Shown: piece by piece, positions 28,066 to 39,644 of the stretch
Layout: each line of letters opens with the position of its first letter
Numbering within the stretch: the first letter of the stretch is position 1
From: Podarcis liolepis
Lineage: Eukaryota
Direction: 5' to 3' (one strand)
Assembly: GCA_965112155.1 (NCBI GenBank)
Contig: OZ218106.1
Length of the DNA stretch: 64,000 nucleotides
The notes under the pieces: model-generated
Told to the model about the DNA's origin: nothing
What the model saw: only the letters and a program-made list of their open reading frames with translations
The model's database searches: none
Program-made: the position numbers and the translations under genes

Positions 28066-28234
28066 CAGTGGCGTAGCGTGGGGGGTGCAGGGGGGGCCGG
28101 CCGCACCGGGCGCAACATCTGGGGGTTAGGGTTAGGGGGCGCAAATCCACGGGTTAGGGGGCGCAAATCCACAGGTTAGGGGGCGCAAATTACTTGCCTT
28201 GCCCCGGGTGCTGACAACCCACGCTACGCCACTG
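28066..28234. mobile_element. hAT-type MITE with internal TTAGGG-containing tandem repeats
   Basis: TIR CAGTGGCGTAGCGTGGG / CCCACGCTACGCCACTG; 8-bp TSD ATTGTGAC; internal GGTTAGGGGGCGCAAAT x3. Confidence 0.88.
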
Positions 28235-29915
28235 ATTGTGACTTGGCAGTAGCAGCAAAAATAGGATAGCAGCAACACAGGTTTAATTTCATGCAAAAAA
28301 TGACAACAGTCCCCCCCCCCATGTGAACATTTTAAAAAATTACACTGCAAATGCAATTAAACTAATCAGTATTTTAGCCATGCTGTGCAGGGAAAGTGTG
28401 TTGTGGTTAAGAATGCATGGGTTACATAAGTTCTGCAAAGTAGCCCAATGTTGCTAAATTCAATTTATATTTAAAATACAATATTCAGTCTCTCTGTGTG
28501 TGCATGTGTGTGTGTGTTTAGGGGAATGCAGTTGGATGGGCTGTTAAGTCAATTGTAGCAGCAGCAGCATGGGAGTGGAGGAATTCCATCTTTGGGGTAG
28601 AAAGAGGGTTCTTGGGGGTGGGTTGTTGTTGCAGCTATAAATACTTGAATGAGTATATTCATGGCAAAGGCTGAAATATTTATTTGCTCAAAGAATAAAA
28701 CAGTGGCTGTTTGACCTGCTCTGATAACACTGCCATAGCTATTGTGCAGTATAAATAAATAACCACAACAAATGCTTTTAACACACACTGCTTGCTTTTT
28801 AACAATTTGATCTTGAATTTATCCAAGCGGTGATATCAGAACCTTGGTTGCTATGAATCTTGACTCTCATTTGATCCCCTCCCTCTGAAGTACCATGCCT
28901 CCTATTGCACTGAGTATAGTATTGCCAGCCTCAAATCAATAGTTCTACAGTAACATCATTGGATTACAGTTCATGTCACATGAGCTGCTTGCATGGTTTA
29001 TGGTTAACATTAGGGGAAAGCAGTGCTCTTACACATTTTACAACTGTGTGGCAGGCAGAAATTCAACAGGTTAAGCCTTTTCTTATGGAAATGGCACGGT
29101 ATGGAAATGGCATTTGTTACTAGTATGTGGCGCTTAATTAATTTTTGGCCCCGCATTCCACCTGAGACAGGAGATACAAATTTGCATATGACAGAAGGTA
29201 CATCCAGAGTTGTGCCCTCTTTTGAAAGTGCAGCACAGACTCCAATCCACAGACCTAGTAAATCCTGTTGGCACCCCTGAGTTGGACATATCTAAAGTAG
29301 CTTTTTTGTATCTCAGCCTGGCTTTTACTTAACAGCTGAGGCTATGATAAACTGGGTGGGGAACACCCATCTGTGCCAGGAACACCTAAATTCATTCTCC
29401 TCCCTGCTATGCAAACAAGTTGCATATATTTGCTTGTTTTGCAAAGCTGATCCTATTTCTGCTAGCTATGTGAAAGGTCAGCTAACTATGCAAGGCACAG
29501 ATCCACGCCCAATGGAAATCCTGCACAAGTAAACCCATCCAAACCCATATTTGATCAGGCACTGAAAACATTTCAGAGTCACAAGGACTAGAACCTTGTT
29601 TGTTTAAGAAATAACAGCTGGGGGTTTTTGGGAGAGACTTTGGTCCTTCAAATTTCAGTGGCGCCCTGTGTGAGGCCAAAATTTGGTGTCCCCCGCCTCC
29701 TGTTCTGCTTAATTCACTATGCCATAATTGTGATACCCGCTAGGCTCAGGGCTCAGTGCGATGGAATTGGTCACACTACATTTGCCTCTGGGAGAGGGAC
29801 GCCAAGTTCGGCACTTAATACAAAATCTCACCACTGCAGCATGATCCCGGAACTGTGAAAGAAACAGCCCAGCTCTGCACCTAGATTTTCATATTAAGAT
29901 GCCCCTTTTAGTGTC

Positions 29916-30146
29916 CAGCGGTACCTCGGGTTAAGAATTTACTGTAATTTGTTCCGGAGGTCCGTTCTTAACCTGAAACTGTTCTTAACCTGAAGCACCA
30001 CTTTAGCTAATGGGGCCTCCTGCTGTCGCCGTGCCGCCAGAGCATGATTTCTGTTCTCATCCTGAAGCAAAGTTCTTAACCCGAGGTACTATTTCTGGGT
30101 TAGCAGAGTCTGTAACCTGAAGCATCTGTAACCCGAGGTACCACTG
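29916..30146. mobile_element. Tc1/mariner-type MITE (CAGTGGTACCTC family), reverse orientation
   Basis: CAGCGGTACCTCGGGTTA / TAACCCGAGGTACCACTG-TA. Confidence 0.85.
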
Positions 30147-32079
30147 TACAGCACTGTCTAACAGCAGCGGTGAATGTTTAAAATGGCCTAACTGCTCTCT
30201 TCATGTGTTCTTCCATGTGTAGAAAGATTAGCCAGCTACAATGGGTCCCTGAACGAAATAAAGTAACCCTTAGGTCTGTGAATAAGTTAATCAAGCCCTC
30301 TGCATCCCTGCTTTCCAGAGCACTTGTTTATAAAGATCAGCTCAACTGGAATCAGTTATTTCCTGGTCCGGCGTCCACACTGAGTGCATTTGAGGATTGT
30401 TGACATTTGTACCAGCTGCAGGAAAAGTTGTGATAGCGATCTTCCACAAACACCGGCTAGTGGAAGATCCTGGTTCTACAAGTTTCAATCTCTCTTGGAA
30501 GTCATTTGGCATAGGAAATTTCATAATTTTGTATTATGGAAAGCAGGCCTCACTCAAAGTGATGCTTTGATTAGCTGCTTTAAGCACTGTGATACTCATA
30601 CATGATTTGCAAGCCGGGGGTTAAATTCTTTCCAAATTTTTACATTTCCATAAAATTGTGCAAGGACATGAAGCCTCCCTCCACACACAGAGTTTAGGGT
30701 TTTAAAGGTCATAACTAGTACTTTAATTTAAGAAAAGTTCCTTGCCTCAAACAGAGTGTGGAACTGTGGAAGAGGTACAATGGATGGGCATATCTAACTG
30801 TTACTGCAACCTCCTTCTAAGTTTGCATGCTTTGAGATTGCAGCGGCAGTTGCTTGTGCTGTGTGGATGTGTGTAGGTCTCATCTCAGCCAGAGCTAAGT
30901 CTGGGCACAATGCCTTCTGTCTCTCCTTCTTCCCAAATATTAGTATTTGTATCACTTGAGTGCTTGGTGGATGCTCGCTAGATGGGAAAAAATTATAAAA
31001 GAGGAAGCAGCTCTAATATTTTCTTTCTGTGGCTGTTTTTAAATCCATATTTAGTATTGATGTTGCTTCTTGTATCATTTTAGGCATTTTCAGGTTACAC
31101 TGTTTTCCTGTATGCATTCATGCTTCCTAACTGCCAGGTATGAAATATCTGGATAAGGTTTTAAGTGTATTTCCTTGCCGGATTAGTCTGGATGAACACT
31201 TCCCTCTTTTACTTATTAGACTGTAAACTCCATGCTGATCACTGAAGGGAAAGTTGATTTTTCCACTATTTAAGAGTGATCAATAGAATTGACAAACTCA
31301 GATGAATTAGCTTTCCTCCTGGGGAATAAGGGCAGGCAGGTTGTGAATGCAATTGCTTCTTTTACATATACATTTGGTTTTATCAGATATCAGAATATTA
31401 AAAGTAATTGCGTTCTTTAGCTTAGATTCTTAATTTACCACTTTACACCCCCCACCAAAGCCTCTGTGGGAGAAACGTTAGGTGCCCCCTTCTGAACAGT
31501 GTGTGTTTGGGTGCAGGAGTCTGCTGCAAGATGTGGTAATAACACAAAATCTGGCTCAGCTCCTGCAAAGAAAGCTGAGCTGAATATCACACAAATACAC
31601 ACCTTCAGGGGACTATTCAAAAGGGTTATTCTGTAACTTCCAGACCAGTGGAGGCAGACATGTCCCCCACTCCCCCAAGTATGTTCCTGCCTGAGGAGAA
31701 GGGGCAAATTATATCGCCTGTGCTCTAGTCAATGTGTGTGAAATTATTCACCTATGACTGGTAAAATCATTTTGGCATCCGAGGGAGAAAATCCCATAAG
31801 CCCCTCTCCATGCAGTAGGCGAACAAGCAAACAAACAAACAAACCCAAACAAAGAATGATAAATTAAATAGCTAACAAATGTGTTGCTCTTTTATAATAC
31901 ATACCCCAAATGAGTGGTCTAATGCAGTTGTGTCTCTTTGCCTAATGGTAGGGACAAGCCTTCTTGGGAACCATACTACATCATAAAATTGCATGGCCTA
32001 TTAAGGACAGCCAAGCTGCTGCTTTGAAGCAATGGCAAGGCTTTTGTTGTTGGGAAAGGGACATCCTCAACACCTCATA

Positions 32080-32321
32080 CAGTGGTACCTCGGGTTACAT
32101 ATCCTTCAGGTTATATACGCTTCAGGTTACAGACTCTGCTAACCCAGAAATATTACCTCGGGTTAAGAACTTTGCTTCAGGATGAGAACAGAAATCGTGC
32201 TCCGGCAGCGCGGCGACAGCAGGAGGCCCCATTAGGTAAAGTGGTGCTTCAGGTTAAGAACAGTTTCAGGTTAAGAACAGACCTCCGGAACGAATTAAGT
32301 ACTTAACCTGAGGTACCGCTG
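32080..32321. mobile_element. Tc1/mariner-type MITE (CAGTGGTACCTC family)
   Basis: TA-CAGTGGTACCTCGGGTTA ... TAACCTGAGGTACCGCTG-TA. Confidence 0.87.
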
Positions 32322-33989
32322 TATTTGAAGAGAAGGCAGCTTCTTCTGAAAAATTATTAGAATCCCCCAAAATTAATCCCATGTTCAGGGTGGTGCTTTC
32401 ACCCCCCCCCCAAAGCATACAAAATATCCTAGCACTCTCTGATAAGCTAATTTAATAAAATTCATGGAAGGAACTTTTCCCATCCTTCTCCTCTCTTGCC
32501 CAGCAACCTCTGGGCTCCATCCTGCTTTGTTCAGGAGGCCCTCTCAACCCTCCAGAGATGCTGTTCAGGAAGAAGAAGGGAGTGAAGGCAACAGGAAACA
32601 TTTATTATATGAACTTCCTTAAGTTATCTTAGGATTCAAGTCTTCACAGTTTTATTTGAATTCTGATGGCAATCAAACAGTTACCAAACTGAAAATCAGA
32701 ACAAACTGCATATTGACTCCCAGCAGTTGATGTTCTATACATTTCCTCAGCCAAACTTATATAAAAAGGACAGGAAACCAGTGGTCCTCCAGAGGTTGTT
32801 GGACTCCAACATCCCATTGACCCCAGCCAGCATGGCCAATGGTCAGACCTCCGTCAAAAATCTCTTTTACATGAGATCACACCCTACCCAACTCACATAT
32901 TCAGGATATTCTTAAAGTGAATTTATTTAAGCAAACATTTGTAGGACTTTGCTTCCTTTCTCTGTATTATTTGCTTGTTGATATTAAAACCAAGGATGCC
33001 ATTCACAGATCCACAGCAAGAGACTAAGATTAAATTACATACCTCCCCAACAGTGCAGTTCAAGAGAATTCTCAGTCCTTATTATCAGTGTTCCTTTTTG
33101 TAAAGACATGCTGGGTGTCAATTGGGGCAGGGTCAGCCCAAACCATTTTGGTTCCTGAGGCAAACCACAAAATGATGCCTGCTCACCAGGGAACAAGGGG
33201 TAAGTGAAGATTAACATAAGGATCAAGTGGGGAATAAAGATCTACATCAGGAATAAGGGTAGGAGGAGACCACTAGTGCCTCCTATTCACCAAGAGGCCA
33301 CTGTAGAGGCAGTATGGGGGGGGCACTGCCAAAGAGGCAACATATCTGGCCTTCAATGAATGTGCTGCAGCTGTTGATGTCACCACAGTGGTGGTGGGCA
33401 ATGCATTCCTGAGACGCTGAATCTGCTGCCCCTGTGGAGCCTGCTGCCTGAGGCAGTCACCTCATCTTGCCTCAAGGGTGGGCTGGCCCTGAAAAGAGGT
33501 CTAAGGATGACATCAGAAAGAGTGCTTCATGCCAAAGAAACATCCAAGATATGCAGGAGAAATCTTGTAGCCTTTGAAGAAACTTGCTAGAGTTTTCCCA
33601 CAAGTTCTCTAAACGTCAGAATTCACCACCACATCCCAAATGTCTCTCCTGTTTCAAACCTTCCCTGCACCTCTCCCTCTTGGGAGCATGGATGGCTATG
33701 GGAGCTGTCATGATGAGTCTCTGCACTTCGAACTTCACCGCTGCACCTCTGCTTTCCTTCTATGTGGACTTGCATATGTATTTAGCACAACATTTGCTGT
33801 GCTGTTAAATGTTGAAAGCTGCCTCGAGCTATGAATATGTAAAGTAGATTTTTTTTAAAAGATGAAAAATAGAAGTACTCATAAACACAATGGTAGATAC
33901 CCAACTAAGTTACATGCAAAGTAAACCCTTGGAAAATAATGAACAACTTACTTATATCCACTGATTTCAGTGGGTCTACTCTGAGTAAG

Positions 33990-34346
33990 GGGATGCGGGT
34001 GGCACTGTGGGTTAAACCACAGAGCCTAGGACTTGCCAATCAGAAGGTTGGTGGTTTGAATCCCCACGACAGAGTGAGCTCCTATTGCTCGGTCCCTGCT
34101 CCTGCCAACCTAGCAGTTTGAAAGCACGTCAAAGTGCAAGTAGATAAATAGGTACCGCTCCAGTGGGAAGGTAAACGGCATTTCCATGTGCTGCTCTGGT
34201 TCACCAGAAGTGGCTTAGTCATGCTGGCCACATGACCCAGAAGCTGTACACCAGCTCCCTCGGCCAATAAAGCGAGATGAGCGCCGCATCCCCAGAGTTG
34301 GTCACGACTGGACCTAACCGTCAAGGGTCCCTTTACCTTTACCTTT
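33990..34346 (+). mobile_element. Sauria (Squam1/POM-type) SINE, full length
   Basis: Homologous to 6834-7188; (ACCTTT)n tail; 13-bp TSD TACTCTGAGTAAG. Confidence 0.92.
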
Positions 34347-36646
34347 TACTCTGAGTAAGACTGACATTAGCTTTCACCTACCACAACAAAATTTTCCAAA
34401 CATCAGCTCCTCTAAATGCATTACAAACTCCTTTTCAACCTGAGAAGCCTAACCTACATTTCATCATGAAGGGGTTTGAATAAATTTAAAGGTTTGTAAT
34501 ATAATATTACTATTGTTTTTAGCATCCGTCTGTCTCAAGAGACAATACAAGAGCATGTCATTCTTCTTCTGGAGAAGAAAAAGCCAAGGATGTTACTATG
34601 GATATTATGCCAATTTTTAATCTATTTATCTATTTTTGAATGTGAACTCATTTCCTGGAACAAGCCCTTCCAAATTTCATAACCTTTTTTAATGAAAAAA
34701 AAAGTTTCCTCCCCATGACTGCAGCTAAACTTGAAATTGTCATGGGGAGCTTTGTAAAAGGTCAAAAACAGCCAATATTTAGCTTTTCTACAAAGCAACA
34801 TATATTGTGTTGTTAATCACATGGTGAAATCTAACGCTTCTTCATGTGGAGAGATTGTTAGCACTCTAACAATGTTTACACATATTGCCAGCAGCACAAC
34901 AGACAGAGCTTAGATACCTATTAATGTATATTCAATCAGCATGAATCTGAATTCTTAAAAAATAAATGCCAATAAGGCCTAAAAATTAAATTGAAATGGA
35001 TAGTTTCAATTAGTTCAAAATGGAAGAGTTGTTTGGATCAACCTGATTTCCTCCAGGTGCTTTAGACTTCAACCCCCTGCTGGCTCCAAAACAGCCCAAA
35101 ATATCTGCACAAATTTGGTAAACACTGGCTTTGACTATGTGATGTATCTGGACCAACACAAAACCAGAACAACACCAAACAAAAATGTTTTGCATCAAAT
35201 TAATATTACAGTAAGTCAGAGGAAGGCAATGTTTTTTGTTAAGGGTAGGTAGGGATGGGGGAGAAATTATATTCAATTTGCAATTAAAGGTAAATCTAGT
35301 AAATCTGCACTTTCCAAAACAGTACGAGAACCGAAACACAGCCACTTGGGTCCACTTGGAGAGAGACACCATTGAAAACACTCCCATTTCTCCAAAACAA
35401 ACTAAAGAAAATCTCCACAATACAGAACAGGTTCACACAGCATGGAAGGGAAAAGTAAACAAACTATCCCCATCCCCACTAACCCCCTTGGCCTATCACC
35501 CACTATTCTAACACGCATCACAAATTCTCCAGATAAAAACCTGGCAAGCAAAAGGCCTACAGTGGCTAAAAGATGTATACAAAAACAATAAACCCATCCC
35601 AGCACAAGAAATGCAAGACAAACTAGAGGACACCCAAATACCTTGGCTAACACACTATCAATTGCATGCCGTCTTAAACAATCCAGCAGTAAAATCAGCA
35701 GCCACTATGCCCTTGACCAAAATCCTTCTCCTGACAGCAGAGGGACACTACAAAGGGATGGCATCCACAATATACAAAATACTGCTCCAAAATCCCACAA
35801 AGCCCCTTGACTCAATCAAAGAACAATGGGAGCATGACACAGGCTATGGACTAGAATGTGGTCTAAAATTCCCTTTAAGTCCATATCAGCCAAAAGAAGG
35901 GACCTCACTCTGAAACTCACTTACAGGCGGGGCTCAACAGCAAGAAAACTGGCACTGATACGCCCAGGAACCTCACCAAGATGTTGGAGAGGCTGCATCT
36001 CCACAGGCACAAATTTCCACATCTGGTGAGAATGCCTAAAACCCAACCCTTCTGGACAGCAGTCCTATAAGAGATATGCAAAATAACTAAACAGGTATTA
36101 GAACTCACCCCAGAACTGGTCCTACTGAACACCTTCCAAGATCATAAGGACCATTCATATAGAGCTTATAATCCACCTACTCTCAGCAGCCAGAAGCCTC
36201 ATAGCCAGACACTGGAGAGACCTGTCAGGAGTAAACATGGACCAATGGTATCAAATTGTATGGGAAACGGCCTAACTAGAAAAGCGAACCAATAAACTGA
36301 AACTGACATGGGGACAAATAGAAGAGGATGCCTTCACCCCAGTATGGCTCTCCCTTATAACAAACATGGCCCAACAAGACAAGAACCAGAATCCACCGAC
36401 AGCATACGAATCAATCTGGTTTACCTGACCCAGCAAGCCCTCCCCCCCACAAATGCAAACAACCCCCACTGCAGACAACCACAGACAAGCAACCACTCAC
36501 TACCTCTCACTACCAAGGAAATGTAATAAATGAATAGAAAGAGAACCTACCTAGTTGACGCTGAAATAAAATCCCACACGTTTGCTATATAAAAGAATAT
36601 AAGCCTCACTACCCCACCCCTCCTCTCCCCCACCTTCATACTGTGC

Positions 36647-37021
36647 TGTGGGAAAATGATTGCTTGTACATGAGAGCATGAGCAAAGTTCTTATTGTTAC
36701 AGGGTGATCTCATAGCTAGAAGCATCCTTGGAGCATGAATAGCGCGTGAACAGCTCGTGCTGTCCCATATGATTGGCTAACGTAGTATGGTCTGATCGCT
36801 CGCATGGTTTGGTACCAAGGTCTTTATCTGCTGGCTAGAACAAATTGCTTGACTTGTATTTTTTGTATCCTTACTTGGCTTGTATCTTTCTGATTTTCAT
36901 ACAATAAAAGCTGTGCTGCATTAGCCCTAGGAGCTGCCATGTTTCCCTAGGAGCAGCCATAATTCGGAACCTATCTTGGTGTGAGACTGATTTTCTTTGG
37001 ATGCCGAGCTGCAACTCGACA
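36647..37021 (+). repeat. 5' LTR
   Basis: TGTGGG...CGACA; inverted CCAAT (ATTGG, about 36772); AATAAA at 36903; no difference from the 3' LTR seen by eye. Confidence 0.97.
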
Positions 37022-37023
37022 AT

Positions 37024-37038
37024 TGGTGCCCCGTGTGA
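37024..37038 (+). promoter_or_regulatory. Primer binding site, complementary to the 3' end of elongator tRNA-Met
   Basis: TGGTGCCCCGTGTGA, 2 nt after the LTR. Reverse complement of the vertebrate tRNA-Met(CAT) 3' end ...UCACACGGGGCACCA as recalled; 15-nt match. Confidence 0.75.
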
Positions 37039-37300
37039 CTGCCTTCGAACTTCACGTTGTTTTTCAGCACTCACCAACACGTCGTTCATCCACGTAGTGG
37101 ATCCCTGGTGAGTGCTCCCGTGTGACTGCCTTCGAACTTCACGTTGTTTTTCAGCACTCACCAACACGTCGTTCATCCACGTAGTGGATCCCTGGTGAGT
37201 GCTCCCGTGTGTACAACGTTCAGCTCTCACCTCGCCCCGCAAGGGCTGCAGACGCGTCGTTCATCCACGTAGTGGATCCCCGGTGAGAGCTCCCGTGTGA
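37030..37300 (+). repeat. 87-bp tandem repeat in the ERV leader (2 perfect copies + 1 diverged)
   Basis: Unit starting CCGTGTGACTGCC at 37031 and 37118. The third copy shares GTCGTTCATCCACGTAGTGGATCCC.GGTGAG.GCTCCCGTGTG. Confidence 0.93.
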
Positions 37301-37433
37301 ATGTGATTCTGGACTACGTTACGGACTTATCAGCACTTATCTCCGCCCGGACAGGGCAAAAAGGCGACTCTCTCTCATCCTCCTACGGATCCCTCGGTAA
37401 GTGCTCCCTGCTCTTTTTGCAACTCTTGCAATC

Positions 37434-38783
37434 ATGGGAAAATCTCTCTCTGCACCACAGAAAAATTTTTTAAAAGACCTTAAATTCCTTTTGGCCAGTA
37501 ACAACCTTGCTGTTAGGAAAGCTGACCTTAAGTCCCTTATAAAAGCCCTGGACACTCACTGTCCGTGGTTTCCCCAGGACGGAAACTGGGAGTTAGACGA
37601 TTGGAAAAAAATTGGACACTTCTTTCAAAATCATCCGCAGATTGATGTAAAGGTTTTGCATGCCTGGAGTAACGTCTACAAAGCTATGTCGTGCTTAACT
37701 CCTTCAAACATTCTTCTGGCTGCTGGAACAGCTTCTTCAAACGCCCCCCCGGTTCCCGCTTTGCCTGCCTCAAACCTTCCTCCTAAACCGCCGGACATTC
37801 TCTCTCCGGCTCATCCTGTCACTCCCCTGCATTCTTCAAATTCTGCAGCACCCCCCGTTCTTCCACCTCCTCCGCCCAAGGCATCTTCTACCACTCCTCT
37901 CCAAGAATCTCTCCGTGCCGCTGCACCATTGTTGGGTTTTGACTGTACAACTCCTAATCTCTTCCCTGTGATTGCTCCTGCCGCGCCAGGGGGAGGCCCA
38001 GCCCGGCACGAACAGTTTGATTTGAGATTCATAAAGGAACTACATTCCTCTGTCAAGGACAATGGTTTACAATCTCCTTACACCCTGGGCTTGTTTGGCA
38101 CTATTTTTCAACAAAATTTGATACCAGAGGATGTTAAGCTGTTGGCCCGCACTGTAATGCAGCCTCATCAAATGATTTTGTTTATACAAGCTTGGCACTG
38201 GGCCTGCCAACGTCGTGTTGATGGGATTCGGAATAATCTTAATAATGTTGCATTGGCTAATCATCAGGCTGCTTTGGCTGCTTTGGCTGCTGGTGCCGCC
38301 CCACCCCCAGCCCCCGTCATGTTAACCCAAGCTGATGTCCTCGATGGGTTAACGGGAGGAAGCAATTTTCTTACCATTGCCCAACAGCCAACTCTCGACC
38401 CTCAGTATTGGGCAGCCACTACAGCCTCTGCCCAAGAGACTCTGGCCTCTGTCCCTGATGATAAAAATGAGCACGATGGCCAACTGGGCAGCATCAGACA
38501 GGGCCCTACAAAGCCCTATGGACAATTTGTTGATCGCTTGTACAATACCTTCAAGCGGCAAGTTCAGGACCTGGCAGCACAAGAACTGATTGTTCATGCA
38601 CATGAGGACTGTAAGCAAGTGCTGCGCCCTTTGATGACAACATCAAATATAGCCATTGCTGATATGCTTAAAGCCTGCCAGTCAGTGGGCACTGCTAGCC
38701 ACGGCCTGCTAGCCACGGCCTTGTCCTCCGCCGTGTCCCAAAATCCTGCAAAGGCTACAACCTGTTGGATTGACAGTGGCTAA
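37434..38783 (+). CDS. gag: Betaretrovirus-like Gag (MA, Pro-rich region, CA), 449 aa, truncated before NC
   Basis: MGKSLS myristoylation motif; beta-type MA motif CPWFPQDGNWELDDWKKIG; LFPV; CA start FDLRFIKELHSSVKDNGLQSPY; MHR IRQGPTKPYGQFVDRL; CQSVGT. No CCHC knuckle. Confidence 0.9.
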   Translation: MGKSLSAPQKNFLKDLKFLLASNNLAVRKADLKSLIKALDTHCPWFPQDGNWELDDWKKIGHFFQNHPQIDVKVLHAWSNVYKAMSCLTPSNILLAAGTASSNAPPVPALPASNLPPKPPDILSPAHPVTPLHSSNSAAPPVLPPPPPKASSTTPLQESLRAAAPLLGFDCTTPNLFPVIAPAAPGGGPARHEQFDLRFIKELHSSVKDNGLQSPYTLGLFGTIFQQNLIPEDVKLLARTVMQPHQMILFIQAWHWACQRRVDGIRNNLNNVALANHQAALAALAAGAAPPPAPVMLTQADVLDGLTGGSNFLTIAQQPTLDPQYWAATTASAQETLASVPDDKNEHDGQLGSIRQGPTKPYGQFVDRLYNTFKRQVQDLAAQELIVHAHEDCKQVLRPLMTTSNIAIADMLKACQSVGTASHGLLATALSSAVSQNPAKATTCWIDSG

Positions 38784-39042
38784 GGAGAAAATCCAGCGGA
38801 CCTTACCTATTACGTGCCTGGGACACCAGCTGACAGCATCTGCAGCCATTCCAGTCACGCCTCAACTACAGTTTCCTGATTTTAAACTGGTGGATTTACA
38901 ACAAATTCTTGGACAGCTGAATTGGATAAAGAGTTATTTGGACCTGCCCACCTCCACTTTGTCTCCACTATTTTCTGCCCTTAAAGGACATAAGGATCCA
39001 GCGGACAAGATCACAACCACCTCTGCAATGGAAGAGGCCCTT
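38746..39042 (+). pseudogene. pol: pol remnant: RT C-terminal palm and thumb
   Basis: GLTVAKEKIQRTLPITCLG and DLQQILGQLNWIKSYLDLPTSTLSPLFSALKG resemble class II RT motifs (GLxIAxEKIQ..P..YLG; DFQKLLGDINWIRP.L...L..LF..L.G). No YxDD, RNase H or integrase seen. Confidence 0.88.
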
Positions 39043-39644
39043 CCACAGCTGTTCCAGTGTTTCCTGGCACGTTGAAAGGCCATCTTCAACCCTATCGCGT
39101 TGGCCCCCCTTCCCCCTGGGAAGCCACCGTTTCTACCACTTATCGTTACAGTTTTGCCGCCTCTTGTCTGGGAAATGAACCTGGCTTTGAAGGATGCCCT
39201 CGTCAGACTGGCATCGCTTGGATTTTACCCCCCAGATCTTTTTTTCTCCTCCCTCAGGAGTCCTGCCCTATGATGTGTTCCCCTGAGCATGTACAGAGGG
39301 CTGTCTTGGAACTATTGTGGACTCTTGGCAAGGGAGGGGGTGAGGGATTTTAGTGTGTTCCAGTTGTTTCATTTTTGTGCTTTGGCATGGTTCCCGGACA
39401 GAAAGAAAGTTGCAATATGGTTCTTTAGCACGGCCCGCGACTACAATGGGCTCTGTTCTCGACCTTGTTGCAATCCTTTTTAGTTACAGCAAGCGGAATA
39501 TGCTTGAAGCGAAATATGCTTGGCTAGTGCCTTTTTTTAGCTGCTGAGAAAAATGATTTTTAAAAGCTTCTTGAAGCTTTGAGGTTTTTTTTGGTGGTGG
39601 TATTCTAGCATTCTAGTAAATGTTTCATTTAAGATTAGCAATAA

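Noticed and set aside
37030-37300. Repeat array superficially like CRISPR, and its antisense 123-aa ORF
   Set aside because: Vertebrate DNA, no unique spacers, no cas genes; it is a tandem duplication in a retroviral leader.
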